In this document: piece after piece, positions 44,266-55,490 of the stretch | Layout of the letters: each line of letters begins with the position of its first letter | Position numbering within the stretch: the first letter of the stretch is position 1 | Source of the DNA: an uncultured Gammaproteobacteria bacterium | GTDB lineage: Bacteria > Pseudomonadota > Gammaproteobacteria > DRLM01 | Length of the DNA: 64,000 bases | Assembly: GCA_963729605.1 (NCBI GenBank) | Contig: CAVSNY010000007.1 | Location: forward strand, 256,001 to 320,000 | Direction of reading: 5' to 3' | The notes under the pieces: model-generated | Databases searched by the model: none | Told to the model about the DNA's origin: nothing | What the model saw: only the letters and a program-made list of their open reading frames with translations | Translations under genes and position numbers: made by a program

Positions 44266-45873
44266 ATGGTGGCTAAAATAAGTTTGCTCGAGCCGCGGCC
44301 GCGGACCACGCATTTTCCGGGATGCCGTACCCATGGCGAAGGGCCATCATGGCTAGGGGCGCTCTTGGTGATCGCCCTGCTTTTGGCCGGGTGCAGTGGC
44401 GGCAAAGGCACGCCGGCGCCGGTGTCCGGCGGTGGCGGCGGGGCGGGCGGTGGGAACGATAATAGCGGCGACGCCGCGCCCGAGCCGACCTATCTGTTTT
44501 TCGGCGGCGGTCTGACCGCCGTCGATCCCAGCAATCCCGCCTCGCCCATCAGTTTGGAAACCGGGCCGGTGACGGGCGCGCGCACCGCCCTGTCCGGCCG
44601 GCAGGATACCCCGACCCGGGTCTCGGGTTTATATGTCCGCAGTGTGATTTATGGGCGGGGCGGCAAGCTCTGGCAGGTCAACGCGTTGACCACGGCGACG
44701 CCCAGCCCGCGGCAAGTGTCGAACGAGACGGCGGCCACGCTCATTTGCAGCGCCTATGTCAGCGACGACCTCGCCGATCACGCCCACACGGCTTATGTGT
44801 ACGAGTTGGGCGGCACGGACAATCAGTGCGCGACGGCCGGCGACAATCTCTGGAAAATGATCCGCCTCGGCATGAGTGAAACCGCCGCGCCGCTCCCCGC
44901 CGTGAAACCGGTGATCGATCTCGGCAGCGACGTGACCGGCGCGGTGACCGGCTGGTTGGGCGTCAGCGGCGGCGCGCTCTACAAATACGACGCCGACTTC
45001 GCCTCGCCGCAGTTGTTGACCTCGTACAACAGCCAGGTGCTGTTCCTGATCGCCGTCACTAATCAACGGGTCATTATCCGCGTGGATGATGATTTGTACC
45101 TGTATGACGACGCCCTGGGCGTCTTGTCGTCTTCGCTGCACCATTTTTCCAGTGCCGCGGAGGGCCCCTTTCAAAGCGACGGCAGCTTTCTTTATTTCGT
45201 CGACGGCGGCGGCATTTATAAACTGGCCCTCAGCGGCGGCGCGGCGGCCAGTTTGGTGGTGACCGAAAACAATGTCAGCAGCGCGGGCCTTACCTTGGCC
45301 TTGACCGAGGGGTATGTAATTTATTCCTGGCGCAACGCCGTCACGGCGGTGACTACCCTGAACCGGCTCGCCAAGACCGGCGGCGGCGCGCAGCCGATCT
45401 TTTCCGGCATTGAAGGGGTGCGGGTGATGACCGCGGCGGATCTGATTTATTACACCGTCGGATCGACCACCAGCTTGACGTCCTATGTCATGCGAGAGAA
45501 TGGCACTACGCTCGCGCAATACGACGGTGCGTTATGGTGGGGCCAGTCGCTGTCCTCCACCGTCGATGCCGCCGAGATGGCCCGGCCCAATAAAATTTTC
45601 TTGATGGAAGGTTACACGGATAACAATTCGTTCTTCGCCAACGGCACCATCTCGGCCTATGCCGCGGCCACCCATGTCCGCAGCGCGGTATTGGGCGCCA
45701 TCCCCGCCAACATCACCGACATCCTTTTCAGCGGCATCGGCGACGCGGTAATGGGTTTGGGCACCACCACCGGCAATCCGGCGGGCACCGACATCTTCAT
45801 CGCCGACGCCAACGTCGACGGTTCCCTGGTGCGGGTGACCACCACCGGCGGCATCAACGAGCAGCCCTTGTAG
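44266..45873 (+). CDS. Hypothetical lipoprotein, probably beta-propeller
   Basis: LLAGC lipobox, Gly-rich linker, beta-rich repeats; exact start uncertain. Confidence 0.75.
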   Translation: MVAKISLLEPRPRTTHFPGCRTHGEGPSWLGALLVIALLLAGCSGGKGTPAPVSGGGGGAGGGNDNSGDAAPEPTYLFFGGGLTAVDPSNPASPISLETGPVTGARTALSGRQDTPTRVSGLYVRSVIYGRGGKLWQVNALTTATPSPRQVSNETAATLICSAYVSDDLADHAHTAYVYELGGTDNQCATAGDNLWKMIRLGMSETAAPLPAVKPVIDLGSDVTGAVTGWLGVSGGALYKYDADFASPQLLTSYNSQVLFLIAVTNQRVIIRVDDDLYLYDDALGVLSSSLHHFSSAAEGPFQSDGSFLYFVDGGGIYKLALSGGAAASLVVTENNVSSAGLTLALTEGYVIYSWRNAVTAVTTLNRLAKTGGGAQPIFSGIEGVRVMTAADLIYYTVGSTTSLTSYVMRENGTTLAQYDGALWWGQSLSSTVDAAEMARPNKIFLMEGYTDNNSFFANGTISAYAAATHVRSAVLGAIPANITDILFSGIGDAVMGLGTTTGNPAGTDIFIADANVDGSLVRVTTTGGINEQPL

Positions 45874-46114
45874 CGGGTGCGATTGTATTTTGACCCGGCC
45901 ACCTCGTCCCGCCCCTTGCGAGGGGAACGGAAACCGCCACCAATGACCGCCATAATAATCCAGCCGGCTTGCCGGGACCGGTTTGATCCCCGGCGTTCCA
46001 CCGCCGTTCAATACGCGCGGCCCGTCGCGCAAGGGGTGTTCAGTGTGACCATGATGTCGTACCTTACTCTACAAATAGCGCGGATATTCATTCACTGACG
46101 AGTTGGTATTGCGT

Positions 46115-47527
46115 ATGAAAATAAGTTTTTTGGGCGCGGCCCGCGAGGTGACCGGTTCTTGTTTTCTGGTCGAGGCGGGCGGACGGCGGGTCCTGGTGGA
46201 TTGCGGCCTGATTCAGGGCGCCGCCGCCGATGAAAAGAGAAATCGCGATCCCTTCCCCTTTAATCCTCAGGCCATCGACGCGGTGGTGTTGACCCATGCC
46301 CATCTCGACCATTCCGGCCGCTTGCCCTTGCTGGTCAAGGCCGGTTATCGCGGGCCGGTGTACACCCAGCGCGCCAGCCGCGATCTGGCGCGCATCATGC
46401 TCAAGGACGCCGGTTTTCTCAATGAGAAAGACGCGGAGCGGGAAAACCGCAAACGTCAACGCAAACATGAGTCTTTGCTGGAACCTTTGTACACGGTAAA
46501 AGACGCGCAAGAGGCGCTGCGTTATTTCCGCGCGGTGGACTACGGCGAGATCGTCGAGATCGCCGCAGGCGTAAGGATACGTTTGCTGGACGCCGGACAC
46601 ATCCTGGGTTCCGCCATCGTCGAGATGTGGTTGGAGGAAGGCGATGTTCGCCGCAAGCTGGTGTTCAGCGGCGATCTCGGTCACCAGGGCGCGCCGATAC
46701 TGCGCGACCCGGCCATGGTCTCCGAGGCGGATTTGGTGATCATGGAGAGCACCTATGGCGACCGCGCGCACCGTTCCTGGGAGGCGACCTGGGCGGAGTT
46801 GGATGAGGTGTTCGCGCAGACCGCCCGGGTGCGCGGGAATATTTTGATCCCCGCCTTCGCGGTGGGGCGCACGCAGGAGTTGCTGTACGCCTTCAAGCGC
46901 AACTACCAACGCTGGGGCCTGGATAAATGGACGATATTTTTGGACAGCCCGATGGCCATCGAGGCCACCGCCGCTTACAGCCGCCACGCCGCGCTGTACG
47001 ACCGGGAGGCGGCGGCGTCGCGCCGGCATGCCGGCGATTTGTTCACGCTGCCCAATCTGCATCTCAGTCACACCGCGCAGCAATCGATGCGCATCAACCG
47101 CATCGAGGCCGGCGCCATCATCATCGCCGGCAGCGGCATGTGCGAAGGCGGGCGTATCCGCCATCACCTCAAACACAACGTCTGGCGGGAGAAGTGCCGG
47201 CTATTGATCGTGGGTTTCCAGGCGCAAGGCAGTTTGGGGCGCGCCTTGGTGGACGGCGCGCAGACCATCAAGCTGTGGGGCGAAAGCATGCGGGTCGCGG
47301 CGCGGGTGCACACCATCGGCGGATTCTCGGCGCACGCCGATTGTAACGGCCTCGCGGCGTGGTATGGCGCCTACACCGGAAGGCCGCCGGTGGCGCTGGT
47401 GCACGGCGAGGCGCGGGCGATGCAGGCCTTCGCCACGCGCCTGCGCGACAGCGGGGCGCAGGCGGTGTTCATGCCGGAAACGGGGGCGAGCATCGATTTG
47501 CTGAATATGCAACTGGATGCGCATTAA
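46115..47527 (+). CDS. MBL-fold beta-CASP RNA-processing hydrolase
   Basis: GAAREVTGS, THAHLDHSG, AGHILG, FSGDLG, MESTYG, FSAHAD, LVHGE. Confidence 0.93.
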   Translation: MKISFLGAAREVTGSCFLVEAGGRRVLVDCGLIQGAAADEKRNRDPFPFNPQAIDAVVLTHAHLDHSGRLPLLVKAGYRGPVYTQRASRDLARIMLKDAGFLNEKDAERENRKRQRKHESLLEPLYTVKDAQEALRYFRAVDYGEIVEIAAGVRIRLLDAGHILGSAIVEMWLEEGDVRRKLVFSGDLGHQGAPILRDPAMVSEADLVIMESTYGDRAHRSWEATWAELDEVFAQTARVRGNILIPAFAVGRTQELLYAFKRNYQRWGLDKWTIFLDSPMAIEATAAYSRHAALYDREAAASRRHAGDLFTLPNLHLSHTAQQSMRINRIEAGAIIIAGSGMCEGGRIRHHLKHNVWREKCRLLIVGFQAQGSLGRALVDGAQTIKLWGESMRVAARVHTIGGFSAHADCNGLAAWYGAYTGRPPVALVHGEARAMQAFATRLRDSGAQAVFMPETGASIDLLNMQLDAH

Positions 47528-47541
47528 CAGCCCGCGCGCCG

Positions 47542-48381
47542 TCAGGGCGGGAAATTTTGCGCCGGGTCGCGGAAAGCGGCCCATTCGATTTGTTCGAGAT
47601 CGACGTGTTCGTCCGCCGCGTATTGCCATTCTCCGCCGCTGTCGCCCGGACCCTCGCCGCCGATCCAGAAGTATTTGCCCGCGGTGACCTCGGCGAATTG
47701 CGCGTCCCGCGCCATGTCGAAATCACCGCCGGCGGGGCTGTCGGCGCCGTGCAACGAAAAGGTGTTGTGGATCGGCGCGCCGCCGTCGCCATCTTGATAA
47801 CCGAGGTGGCGCATGTCCACGGCAAACGATGCGCTCATCGTGTCGGTCTCCAAACTTTGGGTGATGCGCGGTTTGGTAAGCAGATCGTCTTTCAAAAATT
47901 CCTGAGTGAACTCGCCGTCGCGGATCACCATGCGCACCAGCACGGTGGTGGGATTGGCGCTGCCGTTGCCGGTCAGCTGAATGTCGTCGGCGAGGGGCTG
48001 GCTGCCGTTGGCGATGCCGCCCAGGCTGGCCGTGCCTGGACCGCCCTGCCACTGCGCGCCGCTGGCTTGCGCGTAAACCTCCATGGCGAAGCCGCCGGCG
48101 GGATCGCCGATGACGGTATGGTAATAAATGTTGCCGTCGTTGCCGCGCACGCGTTCCTGCAGAAAGGGCGTGGTATCGGGATCGGCCTGGCTGCCGACCG
48201 CGCAATGGATAGCGGCGCCGCCCCGGTTGCAGTCGGCGAAGACCGTGTCGCTGCCCACGGCGTCGCCTTGCGCGGTCCATTCGAATTTGAATTGGGCGGC
48301 GGCGAACGGCGCCCAGCCCAACAGCAATGCCGCGACGAGTGCGGCGCGCCTGATGGATGATGACCGGCTGATGTGTCCCAT
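47542..48381 (-). CDS. Hypothetical secreted acidic protein
   Basis: Signal peptide (..WAPFAAA-Q), Asp/Gly-rich, one Cys pair, host-like codon usage. Confidence 0.7.
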   Translation of the reverse strand: MGHISRSSSIRRAALVAALLLGWAPFAAAQFKFEWTAQGDAVGSDTVFADCNRGGAAIHCAVGSQADPDTTPFLQERVRGNDGNIYYHTVIGDPAGGFAMEVYAQASGAQWQGGPGTASLGGIANGSQPLADDIQLTGNGSANPTTVLVRMVIRDGEFTQEFLKDDLLTKPRITQSLETDTMSASFAVDMRHLGYQDGDGGAPIHNTFSLHGADSPAGGDFDMARDAQFAEVTAGKYFWIGGEGPGDSGGEWQYAADEHVDLEQIEWAAFRDPAQNFPP

Positions 48382-48552
48382 ATACCCCCCGGCCGCGCCC
48401 GGCGGGTGAGTGCTGCAAGGGCGCGTACAGGGTATGTATCGAGTGGAGGCGGCGTGAACTTGAATGGCGGTTTTGGGAGGCGCCGATTGGGTTCTTAAGC
48501 CGGCGCCGGACGGGCTTGATTTTTCATGCGAGGGTTTCCGGCGTTGTTGCGT

Positions 48553-51261
<2,709 letters not shown>

Positions 51262-51368
51262 GGCGTCGTGACTCTGGAGGATGCTTTAAGCATAGTCCAC
51301 CAGATCGGGACGCGTGTCCGCGAAAGCGGAGAATATTTTTACTGGCGTGTGCGGGTGATGCGGTGAAC

Positions 51369-51442
51369 GTGGGTGATTGACGAGGAGATCAATCACCCAC
51401 TTTATTTTCCTGCCGGCCACCGTTGCGGTGGCCGGTTTATTT
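51369..51442 (+). terminator. Two tandem intrinsic-terminator-like hairpins
   Basis: GTGGGTGATTGA-N8-TCAATCACCCAC-TTTATTTT, then CCGGCCACC-N5-GGTGGCCGG-TTTATTT. Confidence 0.65.
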
Positions 51443-51501
51443 AGACGACGGTAATCTCTACGGTTAGCCGAGGGGTGACAAGTGTGTTCTCGCCATGGGT
51501 T

Positions 51502-51927
51502 TTACCACCATTTCGGATAGGGCGGGCTGCAAATTTTCCACTGTTGACCCGGCGGCTGTTTGACTATGTTCATACATACGCTGCCTTCGATAACTTTTAG
51601 TGTTATGGTGCTTTCAAATTTACGTTGAATCTCCGCTAACTCCTCGTCGCTTACCTGCTGAGTCTGGCTGGCCGCCCCGCTTTGGCTGCTGGACTTTTCT
51701 TTTTCCATCGTCACTTTGCGGCCCTCGTTGGGCTGCACCAATTCTCCGGTGGCGACATTGACCACGACCAGTTCGCCGCTGCGTGTCAACAGCAGGGCAT
51801 GTTGCGCATCATGTTGTTTGGCGATCTTGGCCAGATCGGCATGAGGTCTTGGTTTGGTTATGTCCGCCATGCTGCTGCACGCGGTGAGCGCCAAGAGACT
51901 GCCCGCGATCACTAAAAGACGTTGCAT
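51502..51927 (-). CDS. Hypothetical small lipoprotein
   Basis: AGGAGA RBS, lipobox LTAC, C-terminal Cys pair, ends YPKWW. Confidence 0.75.
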   Translation of the reverse strand: MQRLLVIAGSLLALTACSSMADITKPRPHADLAKIAKQHDAQHALLLTRSGELVVVNVATGELVQPNEGRKVTMEKEKSSSQSGAASQTQQVSDEELAEIQRKFESTITLKVIEGSVCMNIVKQPPGQQWKICSPPYPKWW

Positions 51928-51996
51928 AGTGTGTTCTCCTGTTGTTGAGAGTGGTTCTTGCTGCCGGATTTTTACTACATGCCTTTATTCACATCG

Positions 51997-54900
51997 CTAA
52001 AACCAGAATGCCACATTGGCGAAAACACTTCTCTCGGGGCGGAAACGGGCCAGGAGAGGAGTGGGGGTTTCGGTGCTCAAACTGGTGTCGTGAAAATCAA
52101 ACTGGTTATCAAAAATATTCTGCGCGGTGACGGATAAAATCGTTTTACGGCTGGGCAGGCGGTAACCCAGGGTAATATCCATGGTCGTAAACGTGGCCTT
52201 GTCCCTAGCCAGTTCTTGCTCGGTGGCGAACGCGACCCGCTGTGATACCAGATTGAGCGCCGTTTTGCTGAAGAAGCCGCGCGGCTGGTGGTAGTTCAAG
52301 CTCAGGGGCAGATAATGCGTGGTGAGCTTGACCGGATTCGCCGTATCGGCCTCCCCTTGAATGAAATCACGGCTGGCATGCCCGAAGAAATATTCGGTGG
52401 CGATGTTCCAGCGCGGATTCAGAATCTGATAGAAGTAGGCGCGATGCAAAGTTTCGTTATTAGTTTCTTGCGTGGTGGTACCTAGACCCGGATCGATCAC
52501 TTGTTTATCGCTGTCGCGCCGCGAGAACTCGACACCGGCGAAGCGAGACGCTGAGAATTGATGATCGAACCCTATGCCGTGACGCTTGGCCTTGGTGCCG
52601 ATTATGTCGTCAAAGAATTGATTGAAGCCGGCGATCTGGGTCGGCTCGATAGTTTGATTGGCGTGGGTCAGACGGCGCAGGGTGCGGAAGGCGGCGAGCC
52701 GCACGGTGGTTTGCTGGGTCGGCGTCCATAACAGGCCGAACTTCGGGTTGAATTGCGAGTGGTCCTCGTGGGTGGCGAGGGCGGTGGCCTCGTCGAAAAG
52801 ATCGCTGGTCACTTTGTCGTAACTGAGGCCCAAGGTCAGATGCAGTTGCGCGAGCGGCGTGAAGGTATCGTAAAGATAGAGATTGTGGTCTTCGCGATCG
52901 CCGCTGCTGTCCTCGATGGGGAAAATGAAGCCGTCGAAATCGAAGGTCAGCAGCGCGCGTCTGCGTTGTTCAGCATGGCCCGCGCCGATGGTCATGCTGT
53001 GCGACTTCAACTGCATGATGCCTTGCAACTCGGCGTTGTAACCTTCGGTCAGCGCGCTGAAGTCGGTGGGAGACGAGGTGTCGTGCCGGTCCTGCCGATC
53101 GTAAATGATCGAGCCGAGCAGGATGTGGCGGGTTGAGAAGGCGTGGCGCAGGCCCACCCGCGCCGATTCCTGATTGAAGTCCTGCCGCAATAAGGCGTCG
53201 AAATTATCGGCGCCGAAGCGTTGCGCGACGTCGCCGCCCTCGATGTCACGGCGCCGCCACTCGAGTTGCGCGCTGGTGCTGTTGCTCACATCGTATTGCA
53301 AAAAGGCGTTGTAGATGTTTTGTTCGAAATCGTTGTTGTCGCGATAACCGTCGCTGCTGTAATGCAGCTGGCCGACGCTGGCCGCTAAATTGCGGTAATT
53401 GCCGAACACCACCGCTTCGTCGCCCCAAGTGTCGTCGCTGCCGCCGCTGAGGTTGGCTTGCAGGGCCAGCCGGTCCTGCGCGAACAGCGGTGTGAATTCG
53501 TTGAACGCGGCGCGGGTCGGTCCCGATCCTTCCAAAACGAACAGGCTGGTTTCCGCCGCGCTGGGGCTGACGGGCCGGGCGGTGATGGGTTGCAGCAACT
53601 GCGCTTGCAACACTTCGCTGACCCGCGCCACTTCATGGCGCGGCAAGCCGGTGTAGGAATCGGCGAGGAAGCGGTGCGCGGAATGATTGGTCGGATCGGC
53701 GGCTAGGGATTTCCAGCCTTCCACCAAGGCGAGTTGTTGAAAGCCGAGGTCGCCGTAGATGCGCGCCAGACTCGCGCCGCGGGCGGCGGCGTCGCTGTCG
53801 AGCAACAGCCGCGAGCGATAGACCGCGCGGTTGTCGTTGAGCGCGATGGAGGTTTGCAAATCCTGGAGGGCTTCGACCGGGCGGTTGGTGCTTTGTTTGA
53901 GTATTGCGTCGTAAAACCACGGGCTGGGGTCGGAGGGGTCGAGCAGGCGGGCGGTGTCCCATTGCGCGGCGGCGCGGCCGTCGCGTCCCTCCTCGAAATA
54001 GGCTTTGCCCAAATAACTGCGGACCAGGGCGTTGTCCGGATCGAGACTGGCGGCCAATTCCATATGGCGGCGGCCGCTGGCGACGTGGCCCTCGCGCACG
54101 TCGATCAAACCGAGGCCGAGCCGCGGCAAGGGATCGCTGGGGTCGAAGCCGGCGGCGGTTTCAAAAGACCGCCGCGCCGCGCCGAGCCGCATGTCGTTGA
54201 GTTGCGCGTAGCCCAACACGCTTTGACTGCGCGCCGAACGTGGATTGAGGCGCGCCGCTTCTTGCGCGGCGGCGAGGGCGGCGTCGCGTTCGCCGAACAT
54301 CAGTTGCAATTCGGCGAGCCGTGCCCAGGCCAGCGCGTTGCCAGGATCGAGTTCCACCGCCTTGCCCGCCTCGGCGCGGGCGCGTTCCAGTTCGAAGCGC
54401 GCCTGCCAGGCGTAGGACAAGGCGAGTCGCGGGCCGGGCGCGGCGGGCGCCGCGGCCGCCGCGCGGGTCGCCAATTCCAAACCGCGGTCTTTGTCATTTT
54501 GAGTGAGGGCGACGATGGCTTGCAGGGCGAGGGCATCGCCGTCGTCGGGGACGAGCGTCAGCGCGCGGGCGAGGTCGGCGTCGGCCTCTTGCACGCGGCC
54601 GACGCCGAGATGCAACGAAGCGCGATAGATGAGATAGCGGCCGTCGTCGCTGTCGGCGCTCAGCGTGTCCAAGGCGGCCAACGCGCCGGTGGGATCACCT
54701 TCCTTGAGCCGGGCGAGGGAGCGGGTCAGCGGCTCCCGTGCCGCGAAATCCGCGGCGTCGAATTGCACCACCGCCGGATAATGCAGCGCCCACTGTAAAC
54801 CTTCGCGCGGTCGCACCAGTACGCGCAGATCCGGCGCGCCCGCCGCGCCCGCCACGGCGGACTGGCCATGGGTCAGCACTAATCTTCCTTGGTCGTTGGA

Positions 54901-55383
54901 TGCCGCGACCCGGCCTTCATATACCACCACCGTGCCGTCTTGCTCGGTGCTCTTGACCAGAAATTCGGTGCCTTCGACGCCGGCGTTGACGTAAGGGGTG
55001 GAGACATTGAGGCGGCGCGGCACGCGGCTGATGAAATAACCGACGCCGCGCACCAGTTCCACCCACAAGCCGCCTTCTTCTTTCGGCGCGGTGAAATTCA
55101 TGGTGCTGAGCGCGCCGAGACGCAGCACGGTGTGATTGCTCAACACCAGCGCGGCGCGGCTGTTGGCGCCGACGCGGATGCGGTCATCGGGACAAAAGAT
55201 TTGCTTGGCCGCGCTGCCGCGCCAGGACCCGCCACCGTCTTCGCTGATGTCGACCTGGCCTTCGGCGGAGGCGAGGTTCGCCACCGGCGCGGCGCAGCGC
55301 GGTGTGTCGGCGTGGGTGATGGACAGCGGCGCGCCGCTCAACAACGCAACGGCAACGCCAAGAGTCAGCCTGCGATATCCCAT
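51997..55383 (-). CDS. FecR-domain / TPR / beta-barrel outer-membrane protein
   Basis: Signal peptide, FecR-like (D.IRVG.NSRA.L, AGVEGTEF), many TPRs, C-terminal amphipathic strands ending VFANVAFWF. Confidence 0.88.
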   Translation of the reverse strand: MGYRRLTLGVAVALLSGAPLSITHADTPRCAAPVANLASAEGQVDISEDGGGSWRGSAAKQIFCPDDRIRVGANSRAALVLSNHTVLRLGALSTMNFTAPKEEGGLWVELVRGVGYFISRVPRRLNVSTPYVNAGVEGTEFLVKSTEQDGTVVVYEGRVAASNDQGRLVLTHGQSAVAGAAGAPDLRVLVRPREGLQWALHYPAVVQFDAADFAAREPLTRSLARLKEGDPTGALAALDTLSADSDDGRYLIYRASLHLGVGRVQEADADLARALTLVPDDGDALALQAIVALTQNDKDRGLELATRAAAAAPAAPGPRLALSYAWQARFELERARAEAGKAVELDPGNALAWARLAELQLMFGERDAALAAAQEAARLNPRSARSQSVLGYAQLNDMRLGAARRSFETAAGFDPSDPLPRLGLGLIDVREGHVASGRRHMELAASLDPDNALVRSYLGKAYFEEGRDGRAAAQWDTARLLDPSDPSPWFYDAILKQSTNRPVEALQDLQTSIALNDNRAVYRSRLLLDSDAAARGASLARIYGDLGFQQLALVEGWKSLAADPTNHSAHRFLADSYTGLPRHEVARVSEVLQAQLLQPITARPVSPSAAETSLFVLEGSGPTRAAFNEFTPLFAQDRLALQANLSGGSDDTWGDEAVVFGNYRNLAASVGQLHYSSDGYRDNNDFEQNIYNAFLQYDVSNSTSAQLEWRRRDIEGGDVAQRFGADNFDALLRQDFNQESARVGLRHAFSTRHILLGSIIYDRQDRHDTSSPTDFSALTEGYNAELQGIMQLKSHSMTIGAGHAEQRRRALLTFDFDGFIFPIEDSSGDREDHNLYLYDTFTPLAQLHLTLGLSYDKVTSDLFDEATALATHEDHSQFNPKFGLLWTPTQQTTVRLAAFRTLRRLTHANQTIEPTQIAGFNQFFDDIIGTKAKRHGIGFDHQFSASRFAGVEFSRRDSDKQVIDPGLGTTTQETNNETLHRAYFYQILNPRWNIATEYFFGHASRDFIQGEADTANPVKLTTHYLPLSLNYHQPRGFFSKTALNLVSQRVAFATEQELARDKATFTTMDITLGYRLPSRKTILSVTAQNIFDNQFDFHDTSLSTETPTPLLARFRPERSVFANVAFWF

Positions 55384-55490
55384 GGGGATCGGTCCTTCCT
55401 AACCATTTCGCACTTTATATATGCCCGGCGGGCGCCGGGTCTGTGAGCTATTGCTGGCAAGTATAGTGAATATTCCCGGAGGCGCCTAAC

